Shown piece by piece: positions 23,804 through 29,433 of a stretch of DNA of 29,433 bases. Source of the DNA: a virus. Lineage: Duplodnaviria > Caudoviricetes. Within the stretch, counting starts at the first letter, position 1. Each line of letters starts with the position of its first letter. The notes under the pieces are model-generated. The model was not told the origin of the DNA, did not search any database, and saw only the letters and a program-made list of their open reading frames with translations. The position numbers were made by a program, and so were the translations under genes. The DNA lies in IMG/VR virus record IMGVR_UViG_3300037467_002840, positions 1 through 29,433 of that record; one strand, given 5' to 3'.

Positions 23804-26202
23804 TGCCGCTGCCGGATTTTAAATATTATTTGTTCTCCAAAGCCAAGCGCCCGCTGTACGTGGACGAGAAGGGCTTTGTGCAGGAAGGCTCGGAGCAGAC
23901 CTGGCAAAAGCCCGATGGGCAGCCCGCCCACCTTCAGTATGCCCCGGACGGGTGGAAAGATACGCTGGTCAAATACGCCCGTAACATTAAGTACTGGGGA
24001 TTATTCCGCGATATGACCGTGCCGATGAAGTTTGTGCGGGATGGCGGCAAGATCTTAAAAAACCGCATGTGGAATTTCGGGGTGGAGTGCATTTGTTACT
24101 TAGGCATTTTAAAACTGGACCGCACGCAGCTTCCCTACACGTATAAAAGCTGGTTTCTCTCGGAGGTCAATTTTGTAAAGTTCAAACAAGGCCTTACCGA
24201 TGTGCAGGTCGAGGCCCTGGAAGGAGGCTTAAGCAAGTACCTCAAGGCCTATGAAAGCACGGAGTATAAGATTCCCATTGATGATGACGAAGAGCACATC
24301 TCCGTGTTAATGGACGGCATGGAACTGGCCAACACCGGCTTATTCTCCGTGACCAACGGATTTGACCCGGACATCTCGGAGGCCTGGGAATTTGGAAGCC
24401 ATTTGGTGGATTTGCAGATCGTATCGAAAGAAATTGAAGATATCGGGGGCATTGCGCCGGTCACCCGCACCAAAGTGCAAAACTTCAATCCAGATATCAC
24501 GGCTACCGGTAAATGGTTTTTTGAGGCTACTTCAGATGCCACTGTAGATGTGAGCTACAATTTTGACCTGAATGTTGAATATGCAGGACCACCCGGTATT
24601 AGCCCTGGTGCCACCATGGCCTGTTTGATCCGCAAGATCGATAAAAACGGCATTGGTACCTCTACCATCCTGGTGAGTGCCAGCCAGGCTACCTTTCCCA
24701 TTGGCGGTACCTATCACGCAGAGGGCACGAAGTCTATTTCAGTAAATGCAGGTGATAAATTATATCTCTATACCCTTGGATCTCCTACGGGCAGTACCGG
24801 GGATGCACAGATGCGCTTTACCTACTCGGGCGCAGAACCGTTTTTAAAAATCAATTACACTTTTAGGCAGGCCCCCACCCAAAACAGTTGCCTGTGGCCT
24901 TACCGACTGGCTGAGAAGCTACTGGAAAAAATAACCGAGGCAGAGCCGGGACGCTATACCTTGAAGAGTGATTTTTTAAAGTCCCTTACCTATGAAATTG
25001 CGATGCCCTCGGGAGATTCCCTGCGCCGCATCTCGAAGTCTTTTATTAAAACCACCCTTTCGGACTTCTTTAAATCCTTTAATCGCTGGGGTATTGGCCT
25101 GAGCGTGGAAGGCGACCAGCTGGTGATTGAAAAACTGGAGTACTTCTTCCAAAAAGGCGTGATCACTGATGTGGGTGAAGTAAAGGATGCCAGTGTTAGT
25201 GTATCCGATGATCTTTTGTTCAATACCATTAGCCTTGGCTATAAGCAAGAGGACTACCAGGAGATCAACGGGCGCTACGAATTCAACCAGGGACAGAAAT
25301 GGGCTTTGCCTATTACCCGCGTCACCAAGGATTTGGACCTGGTGTCAGTCTACAGGGCCGATCCCTTTGGCATTGAACTGTTACGGATCAATTTCGGGGA
25401 AAAGAAAACCACCGACTCGGACTCCGATAACGATACCTTCTTTTTGAACGTGAAGAAAAACTTCACGTCTTTTACCACCACCCTAAGTTTTGGTACCCTG
25501 TTTTTAATCCCGGTGATCATCGTGCAGGGAAAGCCGGAGATGCTTTCGAAGTTCACAAAAGGAGTGCGCTTTTCGGTGATGGGCACTACGCTAAACGATG
25601 GCACCTACACGGTGACCGAAGACGCCCACCTGGGCGCAGACCCTTCGGTGTTTTTTATCCCGGTAAATAAGCCCCTGCAAAACGAGGATAACAAGGTGGC
25701 CACTTTGGAAATAGCCGGCTATATTTTAAACCGCCCGGCCTACACCTTGGTGGAAGGGCTTTTGTATCCCGGAACGGCGTTCAATATCGAGCTTTCGCCC
25801 AAACGCTCCCTGCTTTTAAACGGTCGGTTTATCCGCTCCTGCATGGACACGTATTTGGACGCAGAGAAAGTCCGCTTTACTTCAGCGGATAAGAACACCG
25901 ATCTAAAAACCACTTTAAATGGGGTTACGATCTCAGAACAGGAAGATGTGCAGATAGGCTCCTTAGGGGAGCTTTTGTTCCGTCCCTACTATTTCAATTT
26001 CACCACTCAGGTGCCGGTGAACCTACCGGAACTGGTAAATCAAAACCCTTATGGCAAAGTAAAATTTTCAGTAAACAATGTGGCCTTTTACGGCTTTTTA
26101 ATGGACGGAGGCATCAAACCCGCCACCAACGATACCCAACAATGGAAACTGTTATGTGCACCCGAATCAGATTTAAAAAAGTTCCAGAATGCAGCATTTT
26201 AA
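23803..26202 (+). CDS. Tail tip / minor tail protein
   Basis: 799 aa beta-rich protein, TAATG-coupled to the tape measure. Confidence 0.7.
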   Translation: MPLPDFKYYLFSKAKRPLYVDEKGFVQEGSEQTWQKPDGQPAHLQYAPDGWKDTLVKYARNIKYWGLFRDMTVPMKFVRDGGKILKNRMWNFGVECICYLGILKLDRTQLPYTYKSWFLSEVNFVKFKQGLTDVQVEALEGGLSKYLKAYESTEYKIPIDDDEEHISVLMDGMELANTGLFSVTNGFDPDISEAWEFGSHLVDLQIVSKEIEDIGGIAPVTRTKVQNFNPDITATGKWFFEATSDATVDVSYNFDLNVEYAGPPGISPGATMACLIRKIDKNGIGTSTILVSASQATFPIGGTYHAEGTKSISVNAGDKLYLYTLGSPTGSTGDAQMRFTYSGAEPFLKINYTFRQAPTQNSCLWPYRLAEKLLEKITEAEPGRYTLKSDFLKSLTYEIAMPSGDSLRRISKSFIKTTLSDFFKSFNRWGIGLSVEGDQLVIEKLEYFFQKGVITDVGEVKDASVSVSDDLLFNTISLGYKQEDYQEINGRYEFNQGQKWALPITRVTKDLDLVSVYRADPFGIELLRINFGEKKTTDSDSDNDTFFLNVKKNFTSFTTTLSFGTLFLIPVIIVQGKPEMLSKFTKGVRFSVMGTTLNDGTYTVTEDAHLGADPSVFFIPVNKPLQNEDNKVATLEIAGYILNRPAYTLVEGLLYPGTAFNIELSPKRSLLLNGRFIRSCMDTYLDAEKVRFTSADKNTDLKTTLNGVTISEQEDVQIGSLGELLFRPYYFNFTTQVPVNLPELVNQNPYGKVKFSVNNVAFYGFLMDGGIKPATNDTQQWKLLCAPESDLKKFQNAAF

Positions 26203-27094
26203 CTATCCGCTCATAAATCCGATCAAGCTCGTAAAGTGTACGAACACCGTGCACTTTGATGACTCGCTGACCGTGCAGCGCTTACGGAGCTATGAGTTTC
26301 GCACCTACTACCGTCAAAAGTGGGTACGCTCGGACACAACCAAGCTGCAGATGCAAAGCTCCCTGGCACCAGATGTGATGAAGGTGTATGACGTACAGGC
26401 CCACTTGGTAAAGTCCCTTTCGTGGACAGCTGTGTATACCGCGACTGATTACAAGATCTGGGAGTTGACGTTTGATCTATCGGACCTACCGGAAGGGGTC
26501 TACTTCACGTATCAAAAAGTAGCGCTGCTGGGCATTACCTGGGAAGCTTTTTCAGAACCTATCCATTCTAAAAATAGCTGGCCCAATACCCTTTTGATTG
26601 AATATAAAAACAGCTTCAATGACTTTGGGGTAGCCTGGACAACAGGTATTTCAATGAAATTCCGGGTAGAGGCAGACATCAAGGAGCCGGACTTTAAAAG
26701 CGATCGCACGGACTACGCCAACCAGGTGCGGCGGGTGTCCACGCTTAAAAACGTGCCCTACCGGGTCTTTCGCTTCAATGTGGGAGAAGCCCCTGGCGTA
26801 TCGCCCTACATCGTGGATATTTTAAACAGAATTTTTGGTTGTGACTGGATCCAGATCGAAGGCAAGTTTTACCAGGCGGATTTGGACGCCAAGTGGGAAA
26901 AGAACCAACCCAAGAACTATCCCTTAATGGGCGCTTCCCTGGATATCGTGGAAGCAGAGGCGGTAGACAGTCTTTCTTTTTCTGATACCACGCCGCTGGC
27001 ACCCGGCATTGTCACGGCGTACAATATTGAAACGGCACTGTTTGGTGGCCCTGCCATCGTGCCCATTTTGGACGTAGAAAAACAAAGCGACTGA
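26189..27094 (+). CDS. Minor tail protein
   Basis: 301 aa, overlapping the previous gene; position. Confidence 0.65.
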   Translation: MQHFNYPLINPIKLVKCTNTVHFDDSLTVQRLRSYEFRTYYRQKWVRSDTTKLQMQSSLAPDVMKVYDVQAHLVKSLSWTAVYTATDYKIWELTFDLSDLPEGVYFTYQKVALLGITWEAFSEPIHSKNSWPNTLLIEYKNSFNDFGVAWTTGISMKFRVEADIKEPDFKSDRTDYANQVRRVSTLKNVPYRVFRFNVGEAPGVSPYIVDILNRIFGCDWIQIEGKFYQADLDAKWEKNQPKNYPLMGASLDIVEAEAVDSLSFSDTTPLAPGIVTAYNIETALFGGPAIVPILDVEKQSD

Positions 27095-28257
27095 TGGTAA
27101 TTAAGTATCAGATATCACCCTATCCCACACTCACGGAAAATATGTGGGTGCGTATCTGGGAAGCCCAGAGCGATACGCCGGACGCACCGGTATATGAACT
27201 GGAAATCCCTGAACGGGATGGATCGGGAACGCCCACGCCCGGCGCCGGCCACCAGGTACCCTATACCGTGACCGCTACCGGCATGGATACGGTCACCCAT
27301 ATCGTACGGCTGTATACCAATAGCGGCACCCTGCTGCATGAGTACTCGGTGGAAGCCAAGGAAAACTTAGTTACGGTCTTTGATCCCATCCGCTTTAAAA
27401 TAGGCGATGGCGGCGTAAATACCCCCACGGCCAATACGGCTACTTATACCAACTCAATTTTAATTGGGCTTTTGGACAAAGACTACCTGGTGTTTCGCAA
27501 TAACTACGGGCTGCTGTTTCCCGGTATCCATTATACCAATAACCCGGACACGGGCGGCTTTACGCTCGCGGCTCCCGACATCTTTAACGGTGACCCGGTA
27601 GGAGAAGAGTTTACTATCCTGCAGCAGCCGCAGGCCGTGGAAACCATTGTCAATGATTCGGTGGTGGGCAAGTGGTTTGGTGGCTTTGTAGATGTGGCGG
27701 CCAACACCTCTTATGTACAGGCGCACCTTCGGAAATTGATTCGTTTTTCAGGTACCTGTACCTACTCCTTTGACTCGGATCCCCCTATTGGCTATGGATT
27801 TATATTCCAGCACTTTGGCGCTGCGGGCACCGGCACCATAGCCTTTAATAATGCGCAGTTGCTGTGGGAAGGAACGCCCAAAGACTCTTTGGATATAAAG
27901 CACCTTTCTTCAGCGGGCTTTGTCTTCGATGGCACAAACTGGAACGTGATATTCCTGACCCAGCCGGTGGCGGAGCAAACCCCGGGAACGATTCTGGGAG
28001 TGGGAGAGTTTCCGATCGGCAACATTCCGGCCGGGGACCCTTACTACGATGTCGTGCACAACCTCAATATCGTAGGCGACTACACGGTGCAGATTTCCAT
28101 TAAAGGAACCCATGATTCCAGGCTGTGGGATAATGATGTCATTGTCATTTGGTACCACCATCCCACGGAAAAAAACAACGTATTCCGTGTGTGTATGCAG
28201 GAAGCGCGGGACGGAGTGCAGAACCTGTCCATTGCCTGGTTAATTATAAAAATGTAG
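27094..28257 (+). CDS. Minor tail/baseplate-associated protein
   Basis: 387 aa beta-rich, Gly/Thr-rich protein; TGATG coupling. Confidence 0.6.
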   Translation: MVIKYQISPYPTLTENMWVRIWEAQSDTPDAPVYELEIPERDGSGTPTPGAGHQVPYTVTATGMDTVTHIVRLYTNSGTLLHEYSVEAKENLVTVFDPIRFKIGDGGVNTPTANTATYTNSILIGLLDKDYLVFRNNYGLLFPGIHYTNNPDTGGFTLAAPDIFNGDPVGEEFTILQQPQAVETIVNDSVVGKWFGGFVDVAANTSYVQAHLRKLIRFSGTCTYSFDSDPPIGYGFIFQHFGAAGTGTIAFNNAQLLWEGTPKDSLDIKHLSSAGFVFDGTNWNVIFLTQPVAEQTPGTILGVGEFPIGNIPAGDPYYDVVHNLNIVGDYTVQISIKGTHDSRLWDNDVIVIWYHHPTEKNNVFRVCMQEARDGVQNLSIAWLIIKM

Positions 28258-28260
28258 AAG

Positions 28261-29433
28261 ATGAAGATGAAAAAGATCATATTGTTTTTAGTGGTGCTGG
28301 TCTCGCTTTCGGCAAGAGCGCAGATCTACCAAAATTCTACGCTCTTCGGCAGGTATGAAAACCGCCTCAGGGTGTTTTATAACCTGGGTGTGCCCAGTGA
28401 CACGACATCCATTCCCGCAGCGGAAAAGGCCTACCCGCACATGGCGATTAAAAATGGCGTTCCGTATTACTGGAATGTGCCGCTTCAGATGTGGAAGGAG
28501 TTTGGCACCGGCAGTGGCAGTGGTTCAGGACCTTTTTATTCCGCTGGCCCGGGGCTCAATCTATCGGGCTACCAGTTCTCATTAAATTTTTCAGCCATTC
28601 CAAGGGATTCCCTGTATGTAGTAACACCGCTGAAAGTCAAGCAAGGCTCGGTGATGGACACTCTGTATCAAAACGTGGTATCCAGTACGGATTCCGGTTA
28701 TGTTACCCCTGTGATGAAAGGAAAGTGGGACACGGCTTATTTAAAACAACCCATTTCCGGGTCGTATGCTTCAGGCACCATAACCGTAACCCTAAAAGAT
28801 GGCAGTACGTGGACCATTCCCGGTCTTCCAACCGGGGGCGGGGGCAGCGGGGTTTCAGAGTTTAGAAACCTAACGGACGTTAACCTGTCCGCTACCTATG
28901 GCTCTTTACCCGATAGCAGGGTGGCGATCTATGATTCAGCGACCCAGAAGTGGAAGGACCAGGCGGCAGCCCGCTTTAACCTTTCGGCCCCACTTAGGGA
29001 TTCCTCTATTGTGATCTATGATTCCGTAAACCGAGAGTGGGTCAACGCACCTTATCCCGTAGGCACAGGTACAGGCGGTGCAGGCGACTTACAGGCCGTG
29101 ACCGACATAGGTGCTGTAACCACCCATGAAGTAACGGTGAACGGGCTGGTATCCCCGTATTTTACTACATCAGATTCCAAGATCGTCCTGAATACACCGG
29201 GCGGTGTAGGTACGCTGGAACTCGCCAATTCGGGGGATTTCGCCCATTACCTCAAACCACAGGCGGCTTCTGTCGGTGGTACGTTTTACCTGCCTAATAC
29301 CGGTAATACGATTGATACCCTGGCGACCCTTGCAGATGTAAGAGCTGGCGGCGGTGGGGGCACCACCCCTGACCTTCAGGCAGTGACCGACCAGGGCAAT
29401 GTAACGAACAATGCCATTGTCACCACCTCGATT
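28261..29433 (+). CDS. 3'-truncated tail-fibre-like protein with N-terminal Sec-type signal peptide (not in ORF track)
   Basis: Frame open from 28261 (or 28267) to the window end: MKMKKIILFLVVLVSLSARA-QIYQNSTLFGRYENRL... Contains Gly linkers (GTGSGSGSG, TGGGGSG, AGGGGG), YSAGPGLNL, LTDVNL, IYDSxxxxW twice and DLQAVTDxG twice. Confidence 0.8.
   Translation, partial: MKMKKIILFLVVLVSLSARAQIYQNSTLFGRYENRLRVFYNLGVPSDTTSIPAAEKAYPHMAIKNGVPYYWNVPLQMWKEFGTGSGSGSGPFYSAGPGLNLSGYQFSLNFSAIPRDSLYVVTPLKVKQGSVMDTLYQNVVSSTDSGYVTPVMKGKWDTAYLKQPISGSYASGTITVTLKDGSTWTIPGLPTGGGGSGVSEFRNLTDVNLSATYGSLPDSRVAIYDSATQKWKDQAAARFNLSAPLRDSSIVIYDSVNREWVNAPYPVGTGTGGAGDLQAVTDIGAVTTHEVTVNGLVSPYFTTSDSKIVLNTPGGVGTLELANSGDFAHYLKPQAASVGGTFYLPNTGNTIDTLATLADVRAGGGGGTTPDLQAVTDQGNVTNNAIVTTSI
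29086..29400 (+). repeat. Two copies of a DLQAVTDxG fibre repeat
   Basis: DLQAVTDIGAVT at 29086 and DLQAVTDQGNVT at 29371, each preceded by a Gly-rich linker. Confidence 0.8.

Larger units (their letters stand above)
1..29433 (+). mobile_element. Tailed phage/prophage (siphovirus-like) packaging, head and tail region, probably Bacteroidota host
   Basis: Canonical order terS-terL-portal-protease-capsid-neck-major tail-tape measure-tail tip-fibre. No sheath gene seen. No integrase or att site in the window, so prophage versus free phage cannot be decided. Confidence 0.95.

Noticed and set aside
28149-28865. Short plus-strand ORFs listed in the track (69, 76, 124 aa)
   Set aside because: Out-of-frame shadows of the long open frame 28261 to end, which the track missed because it has no stop in the window.
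1-29433. tRNA, rRNA, CRISPR array, integrase/att sites, stop-codon reassignment
   Set aside because: None seen by eye. Genes are intact in the standard code and end in TAA, TGA or TAG.

Overview
This 29.4 kb window is the late region of a long-tailed (siphovirus-type) phage or prophage. The host is probably Bacteroidota, judged from A-rich start regions without Shine-Dalgarno sites, TAnnTTTG-type promoter boxes and Gln-at-+1 signal peptides. Gene order: small early/accessory genes (Zn-finger/DUF551-like fusion, ASCH, XRE HTH), terS and terL, then a 3.3 kb inserted accessory block. That block holds a candidate HEPN RNase paired with a small leaderless regulator, a divergent promoter/operator, two paralogues and a low-GC membrane gene. 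It is followed by a structured leader with a terminator, the portal, small membrane genes, an HslV/proteasome-beta-like Ntn hydrolase, prohead protease, HK97-type major capsid, neck and tail genes, a 1747 aa tape measure, tail-tip genes and a truncated tail-fibre-like gene. The most unusual signals are signal-peptide-like N-termini on two virion proteins: the tail-fibre-like protein (classic Sec signal, ARA|Q) and the major capsid protein (GHA|Q). Together with several small membrane genes and a second, threonine-type protease in the head module, this suggests membrane-associated or partly periplasmic virion assembly. All product calls come from motif recognition and gene order only; no searches were run.
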